Shown: positions 1 through 8,445 of the stretch, one piece after another
Layout of the letters: each line of letters starts with the position of its first letter
Numbering within the stretch: position 1 is the stretch's first letter
Assembly: GCA_001871475.1 (NCBI GenBank)
Contig: MNVE01000016.1
Location: 197,343 to 261,342, forward strand
Direction: 5' to 3'
From: Candidatus Micrarchaeota archaeon CG1_02_47_40
GTDB lineage: Archaea; Micrarchaeota; Micrarchaeia; Anstonellales; CG1-02-47-40
Length of the DNA: 64,000 nucleotides
The notes under the pieces: model-generated
What the model saw: only the letters and a program-made list of their open reading frames with translations
Database searches by the model: none
What the model was told of the DNA's origin: nothing
Made by a program: the position numbers and the translations under genes

Positions 1-41
1 AGCTTTCTTCTTAGCTTTGAGGTTATGAGGTAATTCAGCAT
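1..41 (-). CDS. 5' fragment of a gene leaving the window (MLNYLITSKLRRK...), possibly a winged-HTH protein
   Basis: ATG at 41 on the minus strand, open to the window edge; only 13 codons visible. Confidence 0.3.
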   Translation of the reverse strand, partial: MLNYLITSKLRRK

Positions 42-161
42 ATGTTTAAGTTTTATACACAAACGTTTAAAAAACTTACACACTTGGCAGAATGAGGAAC
101 GCTCGCGCTAAGGGAAAGTGAAAAATAAAAAAAGAAAAAGTAGGGGAAAAAATCCCCTTAT

Positions 162-377
162 TCAGGCATTCTTCATCTTTGCTTCGCACACATAGCCCGC
201 GCTGTCAACGTAATACATGCAGCCTTTCTTCCTGTCAATCTTTTCGCCGCCTACCTTCTTCTTCCTTCCGCTCTTGTTGTGCTTCATCGGGGATGCCCAG
301 ACATAGCTGTCTTTGCCGAGGTAGTAAAGATAGCCGTCTTCCCTTCTTATCTTCTCTGTGCTTATTTTCTTTCCCAT
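162..377 (-). CDS. Small basic chromatin protein, Cc1-like
   Basis: 71 aa, Lys-rich, internal duplication K(I/V)xxEKIxRxxGx(L/M)YY(L/V)xxxxYV...MK; GGAGGTG SD and TTATAA upstream. Confidence 0.65.
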   Translation of the reverse strand: MGKKISTEKIRREDGYLYYLGKDSYVWASPMKHNKSGRKKKVGGEKIDRKKGCMYYVDSAGYVCEAKMKNA

Positions 378-452
378 TTTTCTACACCTCCAAAAAAACT
401 AACAAGAGGAATACGAGGTGATGGTTTATAAGGGTTTCTCTCTCGGAGGGAA

Positions 453-660
453 GGAGAGTGGAGAAAATACCAGTGGCATATTCCCATCCTTATCTGCTTG
501 GCTCTGGTGAGCCATCTGCGTGCACAAAGCGCACGTCCTGACGGCTCTGCTGTCGGAGTCTTGACGGCTGCGCCGTCAAAAAGGTGTGGGCTTCTTCCTT
601 CAATGACAAACCTATTGGTTCATCTCCAGAAGCGTTACTTCCTGCGTGCCCCGCAGTAGC
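453..660 (-). ncRNA. Predicted TnpB omega/reRNA overlapping the tnpB 3' end; guide approx. UGGUAUUUUCUCCACUCUCC
   Basis: Established TnpB architecture; boundaries inferred from the right-end hairpin. Confidence 0.5.
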
Positions 661-1707
661 TCTTATGAGTATATTTTGTGCAGCATTCAAATCTCTGTCC
701 ATGACCAGATTGCAGAAAGGGCAATCATGCGTCCTTACTGTCAGGTCTTTCTTGACAATTTCATGGCAGTTGCTGCACTCTTGAGTCGTATTCTTCGGAT
801 TTACAAACACAACCTCGCAACCGGCACTTTCAGCCTTGTAGCTCAGCATGTTTGCAAACATTCCCCAACCAGCATCATTGATTGACTTGCCAAAATTCTG
901 TTCTGCCATCTCCTGGCTGGCAAGTTTCTCCAATGCTATGAGGGAATATGAATTGACGAGTGAAGTGGTTGTCTTGTGGAGAAAATCAGCTCTTGTGTTT
1001 GCAACCTTTTCGTAGGCAATGGCAACCTTTCGTTTTGCTTTTCGGCTGTTTTTACCTCCTCTTTTCGCCATTGAAAACAAGCGTTGCAGCTTTGCAAGTT
1101 TCTCTTCGTGCTTCTTGAGATGTCTTGGATTTTTAATCATAGTTCCGTCTGAGAGAGTTGCAAGTGTTTTCAATCCAAGGTCTATTCCAATCTTTGCTCC
1201 AAGATTATGTCGTGTTTCTTTTGGAAGTTGCTCAACACAGAAAACGGCAAACCACTTTCCAGACGGCTCTCTCTTCAAGGAAAGTGTCTTGTTTGTTCCT
1301 TCAATCGTTCTGTGCTGTTTGATGTTGATTTCCCCAAATGGAGTGACTTTGAGTTTCTTTTCAAGCCAGAAACCAGACTGAGGGTAATTCAAACTTTTTA
1401 GTCTATCAAACGATTTGAAGCGAGGAAAGCCGCACTCTTTTCCTTTCTTTTTGAGTGCCACCATACGCCAAATTGATTTATTCAGGCGTTCCACCAGTTC
1501 CTGCCCGACTTGGGAATACAATTCGCTGTTTTTGCAAAAACTTCTTAGAGTTTTCTTTGTTGGAAACTTACCATAGTCCGAGTAGATTTTCTTTGTAAAA
1601 GCAAGCATCTCATTCCAAAGTTCCTTCTCTACCCAAAGGTGGCGCGCCATTTGCTTCTCCTGTTTTTTGGAGGGATATAACCTGAATTTGTATGCCCTTA
1701 TGCACAT
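490..1707 (-). CDS. tnpB: RNA-guided endonuclease TnpB
   Basis: RAYKFRLYP N-terminus, GFPRFK, RuvC-I GIDLG, RuvC-II IALEKL, CSNC/CPFC zinc finger, RuvC-III DRDLNAA; all catalytic residues present. Confidence 0.96.
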   Translation of the reverse strand: MCIRAYKFRLYPSKKQEKQMARHLWVEKELWNEMLAFTKKIYSDYGKFPTKKTLRSFCKNSELYSQVGQELVERLNKSIWRMVALKKKGKECGFPRFKSFDRLKSLNYPQSGFWLEKKLKVTPFGEINIKQHRTIEGTNKTLSLKREPSGKWFAVFCVEQLPKETRHNLGAKIGIDLGLKTLATLSDGTMIKNPRHLKKHEEKLAKLQRLFSMAKRGGKNSRKAKRKVAIAYEKVANTRADFLHKTTTSLVNSYSLIALEKLASQEMAEQNFGKSINDAGWGMFANMLSYKAESAGCEVVFVNPKNTTQECSNCHEIVKKDLTVRTHDCPFCNLVMDRDLNAAQNILIRATAGHAGSNASGDEPIGLSLKEEAHTFLTAQPSRLRQQSRQDVRFVHADGSPEPSR

Positions 1708-1729
1708 GAAGAGAAGTTGTTTTGACGGC

Positions 1730-1760
1730 TTTATAAAGAAGAGGAGGGAGTAGAAGTCCG
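1730..1760 (-). promoter_or_regulatory. tnpB promoter: CGGACTTCTACTCCCT-N8-TTATAAA
   Basis: TATA 23 nt upstream of the ATG; identical 16-mer at the same spacing at 62312-62327. Confidence 0.65.
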
Positions 1761-1852
1761 ACCCAACCGATGGCGGCTACCATATCTTAAAACGCTCGCT
1801 TTCATCCCACCGCTAAATTGACGCTTTAAACCTTTCGTCCGTTAATATTTAC

Positions 1853-2086
1853 ATGAGAATGTTTGGTTTTTCCGTGGTGATCTTTCCCGAAGCCGGCTCT
1901 TATTCTGCGTGGTGCCCTGATTTAGATGTCGCCTCGCAAGGAGATACTTTAGAAGAGGCGATTGCAAATCTGAAGGAGGCGCTTGAGCTTCATGTGGAAT
2001 GCCTTTCACCGAGCGAACTACAGGAGATTAGGAAGCGACAAGGTACCAAGTTAATGACAACGATAGAGATACCTGTAAGCAATTGA
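1853..2086 (+). CDS. HicB-family antitoxin (orphan)
   Basis: YSAWCPDLDVASQGDTLEEAIANLKEALELH is the HicB/UPF0150 signature. Confidence 0.85.
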   Translation: MRMFGFSVVIFPEAGSYSAWCPDLDVASQGDTLEEAIANLKEALELHVECLSPSELQEIRKRQGTKLMTTIEIPVSN

Positions 2087-2099
2087 GAAAATTCTTGTT

Positions 2100-3053
2100 T
2101 CACTTCAATATTCCCATCTGCGCCAATAAGGCTTCCAACTGTATCCTCTCATTCGCCCCTTCCACCATCCTGAAATTGTACTCTCCTATCTTGTCAATCA
2201 GGTGCACTTTCTTCTCTTCTGAAATCTCAAGCGAGGGGACGGCGCGGTATATCTGCAGTAAAATATCTTCTCCTGACATGCCGTATTTTATGAGCAATTC
2301 ATCCAGATTTTTTCTCGCCTCAAGGAATTTCCCTGAAAGCGCAAGCTGTATCATCGCATCCACTTCAGCCGGCTTTGCGCGCGAGGCGATGCGGTAAATC
2401 AACTCGCTTGTTATTTTCTTTGAAGAGAAGGAAGCCCCCTGCAAGGCATTTATTGCCTTTCTCATATCTCCCTCGCTAATGTATATGAGTGTTTTGAGCG
2501 CTTCCTCATCCACCTGCAAACCTTCCGTTTTTGCAATTCTCTCTATCATCTGTTTTATTTCCCCCTCGGAAAGGGACAGGAAGCGGAAAACGGAGCATCT
2601 GCTCTGCAGGGGCTCTATTATTTTTGAGGAGTAGTTGCAGGAGAGTATGAAGCGGGTTATGGAAAGGTATTTTTCCATCGTGCGCCGCAGGGCGTGCTGT
2701 GCGTCCGAGGTGAGCGCGTCCGCCTCATCTAAAAATATTATCTTAAAGGGGACCGCCTCAAGCGCGACCGTGCGCGCAAAATCCTTTATCTTTCCCCTTA
2801 CAACATCTATTCCTCTTTCATCAGACGCATTCAGCTCTAAAAGAGAAGAGGAAAAATTCTCCCCGTACAAATCATGCGCAAGCGCAAGCGTAGCCGTCGT
2901 TTTCCCTATTCCCGGCGAGCCGGAGAAAAGAAGGTTGGGAAGGTTGCGGTTTTTCACAAAAGCGCGCAAAGAGGAAACTATGTGCGCCTGCCCTATTACG
3001 TCTGGCAGCGTTTTCGGGCGGTATTTTTCAGTCCAGGGGAGAACATCTTCCAT
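2100..3053 (-). CDS. rfcS: Replication factor C small subunit
   Basis: PWTEKYRP, GSPGIGKTT, LELNASDERG, FLDEADAL, LQSRC. Confidence 0.97.
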   Translation of the reverse strand: MEDVLPWTEKYRPKTLPDVIGQAHIVSSLRAFVKNRNLPNLLFSGSPGIGKTTATLALAHDLYGENFSSSLLELNASDERGIDVVRGKIKDFARTVALEAVPFKIIFLDEADALTSDAQHALRRTMEKYLSITRFILSCNYSSKIIEPLQSRCSVFRFLSLSEGEIKQMIERIAKTEGLQVDEEALKTLIYISEGDMRKAINALQGASFSSKKITSELIYRIASRAKPAEVDAMIQLALSGKFLEARKNLDELLIKYGMSGEDILLQIYRAVPSLEISEEKKVHLIDKIGEYNFRMVEGANERIQLEALLAQMGILK

Positions 3054-3128
3054 GAAAATCAGCTTGAGTCTATTTGGGAACAAATTATTATATAGCTTCG
3101 TTGCAATAATATGCTCCAGCAGGTGTAA

Positions 3129-3512
3129 TTGATGGATAAAAAAGAGAGCAGTGGAGTGAATTTTGGGGAAAAGGAAAGGGAAGCCGCATTTGGCGTGCTT
3201 ACCGCCCTAATCGCATTTCTGGCAATTTGGGCATTCAACCTTTTCGGGATGCAGGCATTGGGAGTGTGGGGCGGGGCGCTTGCGATGTGCGCTGCGCTTG
3301 TCGGGATGGCGCTGTTTGCAGGAATGGAAGTGGAGTTTGATTCCGGCAAGGCGGCAATGCTTGTTTTTGTGGCTGCGGTTTTGGCGTATTTTGCGGCAAC
3401 CGTACCTGTGTTTGGCGGGTTTTACTTTTTCAGGCTGGGGTTTCTTTTCCTTCTCTTTTCGCTTACAGCCCCTTTAAGTAGAAGCATAAGGAGAAGGCTG
3501 CTTGGGAAGTAG
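3129..3512 (+). CDS. Hypothetical 4-TM membrane protein
   Basis: Hydrophobic segments, basic C-terminus, fills the gap before ileS. Confidence 0.65.
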   Translation: MMDKKESSGVNFGEKEREAAFGVLTALIAFLAIWAFNLFGMQALGVWGGALAMCAALVGMALFAGMEVEFDSGKAAMLVFVAAVLAYFAATVPVFGGFYFFRLGFLFLLFSLTAPLSRSIRRRLLGK

Positions 3513-3535
3513 GCGCTTGTACAGAGGTCAAATTT

Positions 3536-6500
3536 ATGCACAACCAAACGAAGCTTGAGGAGAACGTATTGGAGTTTTGGAAGGGGAAGGGCATTTACAA
3601 AAAGGCAAAGGAAAGGAATAAAGAAGGCGAAGCATTCTTCTTCTGCGACGGACCCCCTTATGCCACGGGGCAGATTCACCCAGGCACGGCATGGAATAAG
3701 TGCCTGAAGGATGCGGTTTGTAGATATAAGAGAATGCGCGGGTATAATGTGCGTGCGCAGCCGGGTTATGATACGCACGGGCTTCCGATAGAAGTGAAAG
3801 TTGAGCAGGAGATGAAAATAGGCGAAAAGAAGGAAATAGAGGAAAAAATAGGCATAGAAAAATTCGTGGGGAAATGCAGGGAGTTTGCCACCAGGCACAT
3901 TGAAGTGATAAGCGGGCAGTTTGAGCGCTGCGGGGTGTGGATGGATTTTGAGAACCCGTATATCACTTACAAAAACTCGTACATTGAATCCGCCTGGAAA
4001 ACGATTAAGGCGGCGCATGAAAAGGGATTGCTCTCGCGGGGAGTGTATGTGCTCCCATACTGTACGCGCTGCCAGACAACGCTTGCGAATTATGAACTTG
4101 AGTATGCTGACCAGACGGACCCGAGCATTTACGTGAAATTCAAGGTGAAGGGAAAGGAAAATGAATACCTTGTGATTTGGACTACAACCCCCTGGACGCT
4201 TGTCTCAAATATGGCGGTGATGGCGCATCCAACCCTGGAGTATGTAAAAGCGAAGGTAGGAGATGAAGTTTGGGTGGTTGCAAAGGAAAGGCTGGATGCG
4301 GTAATGGCATTTGCAAATTCCTCGGCAGTGGTGCTCTCGCAAGTATCGGGAAAGAAACTTGAAGGGACGGAATACGAACTTCCGCTTGCGGGAAAAATAA
4401 AAAAGGAGTATAATAGAAAAATGGTGCTCTCGGATGAGTTTGTCAGCGTGGAGGATGGAAGCGGCTTGGTGCACTGCGCTCCCGGGCACGGACCGCAGGA
4501 CTTTATCATAGGAAAACGCTTTGACATTGAAATATTCTCCCCTATTGATGCGGAGGGGAAATTCACGCAGGAAGCAGGCGAGTATGAAGGGATGGACACG
4601 CAAAGCGCGGGAAAGCGCATATTGGAGTATTTGGATGAAGTGAATGCGCTAGTGCATTCTGGAAAAATAGTGCACCGCTACCCGCACTGCTGGCGCTGCA
4701 AGACAAAACTTATTTACCTGACGACAGACCAGTGGTTCATTACAGTCAGCAGACTGAAGGAGAGGATGATGGAGGAGATAGAAAAATGCAATTTCACCCC
4801 TTCTTTTGCAAAAACAAGATTTTCCGATTTTGTGCGCGCCGCGCCTGACTGGTGCATATCGCGCCAAAGGTACTGGGGAATACCGCTTCCCATTTGGATA
4901 TGTGAGAAATGCGCGCATATGAAAGTGGTGGGCTCTGCCTCGGAACTGCCAATCAAGCTTGAGGATTTGCACAGGCCGCAAATTGACACTGTGGAATTTG
5001 AATGCGAAAAATGCAAGGGAAAGATGAAGAGGATTCCGGATATATTGGACGTTTGGTTTGATTCGGGAAATGCGGTGTGGGCGCAGTTTGAAGCAGGGGA
5101 GGCGCTTTTCCCCGCAAACGTGATAATAGAGGGGAAAGACCAGACAAGGGGTTGGTTTTATTCGCTTCTTGGCAGCGGGCTTGTGCTAAAAGACTGCATA
5201 CCTTACTCAAATTTAGTCATGCACGGCTTTTTCGTTGATGAGAAAGGGGAGAAGATGAGTAAATCAGTAGGGAATTTCGTGCCGCTTGAGGAGATAATGA
5301 AGAAAAACGGCTCTGATGCATTTAGGCTTTGGTGCCTCTCTTCCACCATCTGGGATGATTTGAGATTCAACTGGGATGAGATAAGGGAGGCGTCTGTGGC
5401 GCTTGGAATATTATATAATTTGGGGGCGTATTTGCAGAGATTTTACCCTGATAATAAATTGGAGAGGGGCAAAGCGGAGAAAGCAGAGGACGCGTACATA
5501 ATTTCAAGGCTGAATGAAACCGTGAAGGAGTGCACCGGTGCGTTTGAGGAGTACAGGGTGCATGATGCCGCAAAGCTTGCGCGCAGATTTGTCGTGGAGG
5601 ATTTGAGCAGATTTTATCTCAAAATTGCAAAAAAGAGGACGGATGAGGAGTCATTGGCTGCCGTGTATGAGTGTATGTTAACCTCGCTTCGGCTTCTCTG
5701 CCCCATTGCGCCTTGCACATGCGAAGCGGTTTATGGGGAGTTTTTCAAAAAGCATGAAAAAGAGGAGTCCGTGCACTTTTTGGGCTGGCCCGCTTTCAAT
5801 GAGAAGGAAATTGATGCCGTGCTTGAAAAGAAGATGATGGTTGCGCAGGCGGTAATAGCCGCCGCAACGAATGCGCGGCAGAAGGCGAATGTTAAGCTTC
5901 GCTGGCCGCTTGAGAAAATTTCGCTGGCGAGTACGCAAACTGAAGTGAGCAGTGCGGCAGAGGAGCTTTCAGGAATAATATGCGAAATGGCAAATGTGAA
6001 GCAGGTGGAGATTGGGAATGCGCCAAAAAGCAGCTTCTTCCTTGAGCCGAATTTCGCAAAGATAGGGGAGGCGTTTAAGGGGGATTCCAAAGCGGTGATA
6101 GAGGAGCTGGGAAAGATAGATGCAAAAACCGCAGCGGAGGCGCTCTCGCACGATGGGAAGTATGCTGTTTTGGGAAAATACGAGGTAAATAATGAGATGG
6201 TTGGAGTAAAGGAGGAAGCTGGCGGATATTCAATAGCTGAATTTGAAGGGGGAAAGGTTTATTTGAAAACTGAAATGAGCAAAGAGCTTTTGCAGGAGGC
6301 GTATGTGCGCGAGGTGGCAAGAAGGGTTCAGCAGCAGAGGAAAGGGATGAAGCTTGTTGAATCGGATAAGGTGACTTTGGAGATTGCTTGCAGGGGGGAA
6401 ATTAGGGAAATTCTGGAGCGAGGAGAGAAGGAAATTGTGCAGCAGGTGAATGCTTCTTCTGTTGAATTTGTTGAGAAGGCAAAAGGGAAGGAATCGGAAG

Positions 6501-6550
6501 AGTTTGAGATTGAAGGGGAGAAGGTAGGGGTAAGGGTGAAAAAGGATTAA
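3536..6550 (+). CDS. ileS: Isoleucyl-tRNA synthetase
   Basis: DGPPYATGQIHPG, WTTTPWTL, DWCISRQRYWG, EGKDQTRGWF, KMSKS. Confidence 0.98.
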   Translation: MHNQTKLEENVLEFWKGKGIYKKAKERNKEGEAFFFCDGPPYATGQIHPGTAWNKCLKDAVCRYKRMRGYNVRAQPGYDTHGLPIEVKVEQEMKIGEKKEIEEKIGIEKFVGKCREFATRHIEVISGQFERCGVWMDFENPYITYKNSYIESAWKTIKAAHEKGLLSRGVYVLPYCTRCQTTLANYELEYADQTDPSIYVKFKVKGKENEYLVIWTTTPWTLVSNMAVMAHPTLEYVKAKVGDEVWVVAKERLDAVMAFANSSAVVLSQVSGKKLEGTEYELPLAGKIKKEYNRKMVLSDEFVSVEDGSGLVHCAPGHGPQDFIIGKRFDIEIFSPIDAEGKFTQEAGEYEGMDTQSAGKRILEYLDEVNALVHSGKIVHRYPHCWRCKTKLIYLTTDQWFITVSRLKERMMEEIEKCNFTPSFAKTRFSDFVRAAPDWCISRQRYWGIPLPIWICEKCAHMKVVGSASELPIKLEDLHRPQIDTVEFECEKCKGKMKRIPDILDVWFDSGNAVWAQFEAGEALFPANVIIEGKDQTRGWFYSLLGSGLVLKDCIPYSNLVMHGFFVDEKGEKMSKSVGNFVPLEEIMKKNGSDAFRLWCLSSTIWDDLRFNWDEIREASVALGILYNLGAYLQRFYPDNKLERGKAEKAEDAYIISRLNETVKECTGAFEEYRVHDAAKLARRFVVEDLSRFYLKIAKKRTDEESLAAVYECMLTSLRLLCPIAPCTCEAVYGEFFKKHEKEESVHFLGWPAFNEKEIDAVLEKKMMVAQAVIAAATNARQKANVKLRWPLEKISLASTQTEVSSAAEELSGIICEMANVKQVEIGNAPKSSFFLEPNFAKIGEAFKGDSKAVIEELGKIDAKTAAEALSHDGKYAVLGKYEVNNEMVGVKEEAGGYSIAEFEGGKVYLKTEMSKELLQEAYVREVARRVQQQRKGMKLVESDKVTLEIACRGEIREILERGEKEIVQQVNASSVEFVEKAKGKESEEFEIEGEKVGVRVKKD

Positions 6551-7533
6551 ATTATTTCCCACCCGACTCCCCCGAAAAGCTCCCCTCCGAATATTTTTGC
6601 AAGATGGAATACCGCCACGGCAGTAATCAGCAAACCAAGCAGAGGCATTAGAATATTCTGCAGGAAAAGAAGGGAAAGTGCGCTGGAGTAAAGAGAAAGA
6701 AGCTCCGCCACCCTGTCAAGGAATCCCTCTTCGCGCAGATTTTCAACCTGCTCCTGTAAATTATCGCTCTCTTCAAAATTGGAGGTGGGAAGCGCGCCAA
6801 AATCCTCCCTGAAAGAAGAAACTGAAGAGGAAAGGGAGGTGAATGCCCCCCAGCCGTCATCCTCAACCGCCAATGAGAGGTAAATACAGAGGGGAAGGAA
6901 AATGTATGCGCCTATTGCCATTCCTAAAAGTGCGCCGCCTATCTTTCTTGTTGCAAAAAAGGAGCGGAACACTATGCCAAGGGGAAGAAGAAGCGCCATT
7001 GCGTAAGAGGAGATGAACTGCACCGCAAGAAGCTGTAAATTTAGTGAGAGCATTATCGCAATGAGCGAAAACTGGAATGAGCCGAAGGTGGAAACCGTCT
7101 GCTCAAGGGAGAAGAAGGGCGTTGAGGAGATTGACGCGAATGTGAATGAGAGCTTTGATGCAAACCCTATGATGTCTGCTGTGTGCAGGGTGGATTGAAG
7201 GAGGGAGGAAAGGGAAGAGTAAACTGCTGAAAGGGCGCAGGAGCAGATGTCTGCAAGGGTGGAGCCTGCGCAGCTGAAAATGGGGGAGGAGGCAGTTAGG
7301 GAGCCTGCAATTGAATCAAGAGTTGTAGTTATGGTGAAGGCGCCACCCACTATTGCGCCGTTTATTATAGACTGGAAAAGTTCCTCCGTTCCAAATGAGT
7401 AGAGGCGGCGCGAGGAGAATGCCTTTCCTATGCCTATCAATATTCCCGAGAGCATTATGGAGAGGAGCACTACGCTTGAGGCAATTGAATACGCTCCTTG
7501 TGCGAATTCAGGCTCAATAAAGCTCATGAACAA
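6547..7533 (-). CDS. Polytopic membrane protein, possible VirB6/CedA-like channel
   Basis: Several TM helices, LLPLGIVFRSFFATRKIGGALLG motif, directly downstream of a VirB2-like pilin. Confidence 0.55.
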   Translation of the reverse strand: MFMSFIEPEFAQGAYSIASSVVLLSIMLSGILIGIGKAFSSRRLYSFGTEELFQSIINGAIVGGAFTITTTLDSIAGSLTASSPIFSCAGSTLADICSCALSAVYSSLSSLLQSTLHTADIIGFASKLSFTFASISSTPFFSLEQTVSTFGSFQFSLIAIMLSLNLQLLAVQFISSYAMALLLPLGIVFRSFFATRKIGGALLGMAIGAYIFLPLCIYLSLAVEDDGWGAFTSLSSSVSSFREDFGALPTSNFEESDNLQEQVENLREEGFLDRVAELLSLYSSALSLLFLQNILMPLLGLLITAVAVFHLAKIFGGELFGGVGWEII

Positions 7534-7594
7534 ACACGCTTTTCAAAAACGCGCATTGCGCCTTGAGTTGCCAGGTATCGGACTTCTTTGGGTA

Positions 7595-7849
7595 TTAAGT
7601 CAGAAGATTCATTGAAGTGTTTCTTATCAAGACGGCGGCGCCGAGTATTGCTGCCACTATTATGCCGCCAACCAGCATCCCTATCGCAACTGTCTGCCAG
7701 CTGCCCTTCACTTCCGAGGGCTGTGTCTGCGCAACCCCGTATATTATGCCCCCGAGCACTATGAGAATAAGGGAAACCATCGGCCCTATGTTTGTTAGCA
7801 CTGACTGTATGCTGGCAAGAAGCGTCTCAACGTATGCCAACTCTCCCAC
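7595..7849 (-). CDS. VirB2/TrbC-like pilin
   Basis: 84 aa, two hydrophobic helices joined by a short loop (GGIIYG..Q....E.K..W...A.GMLVG); paralog at 46680-47132. Confidence 0.6.
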   Translation of the reverse strand: MGELAYVETLLASIQSVLTNIGPMVSLILIVLGGIIYGVAQTQPSEVKGSWQTVAIGMLVGGIIVAAILGAAVLIRNTSMNLLT

Positions 7850-7858
7850 CCCCTAAAA

Positions 7859-8383
7859 TTATTTTTTTGAAATGAACGTGAATGCTGCACCGCCTACTGC
7901 TGCAAACAGGGCGGACATGATGGAAGTCGCACCGCCTATCATTATGATTACTCCAGAGTTCGTGAGCACGTCACCCATGCTTGAGGTTGTTGTCAGGATG
8001 CCGAGCAGACCCAGCCCCACGCCAAGCAATTCTAGTCCCACGCCCACTATGGAGCCGATAAGCCCGCTTATCGCGCCGGCGAATGCGTTTTGCACTGTAG
8101 TGAATGGGCGCCCCTCAAGGTTCCTTAGAGAAAATGCGCAGAAGATGCCGGCTAAAAAGGATGCAAAGCAGATTGCTGGCAGGAAAATCGCCCAGGAAAG
8201 GAGGTTTATGCCGGAAATGGGGATTATTGAAACAACAAGGCGCAGAAGATGGAACGCGACTATTATTGAGGCGCCCATGGAAGCGGCGATGAGCATGTTT
8301 GCGACAGGCCACATCTTCACGGAAGGAGTGTCTTTAGGTATCTGGTTTAGACCATCCGTTGGACGGGCGCTTGAAGAAACCAT
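7859..8383 (-). CDS. Hypothetical membrane protein
   Basis: 4 Gly/Ala-rich TM segments, co-oriented with the pilin. Confidence 0.6.
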   Translation of the reverse strand: MVSSSARPTDGLNQIPKDTPSVKMWPVANMLIAASMGASIIVAFHLLRLVVSIIPISGINLLSWAIFLPAICFASFLAGIFCAFSLRNLEGRPFTTVQNAFAGAISGLIGSIVGVGLELLGVGLGLLGILTTTSSMGDVLTNSGVIIMIGGATSIMSALFAAVGGAAFTFISKK

Positions 8384-8445
8384 AGGGCATATAAAGGATT
8401 AATTATTTTTTAAATGTTGGGGTTCGCAATAATTCGGGAGATTGG

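Larger units (their letters stand above)
473..1817 (-). mobile_element. Defective IS200/IS605-family element (tnpB only, IS1341-like)
   Basis: tnpB without tnpA. Right-end hairpin arms CCCACACCTT (590-581) / AAGGATGGG (491-483), then ATATGCCAC. Left end keeps only one arm, TTTAGCGGTGGGATGAAAGCG (1817-1797). Confidence 0.7.

Noticed and set aside
473-1817. IStron (group I intron fused to tnpB)
   Set aside because: No P3/P7 core near tnpB and the element is intergenic
2083-2397. HicA partner for hicB
   Set aside because: ORF is the antisense shadow of rfcS and lacks the HicA His motif
7579-7587. Further copy of the shared promoter motif (CGGACTTCT)
   Set aside because: Only 9 nt match and no TATA at the expected spacing
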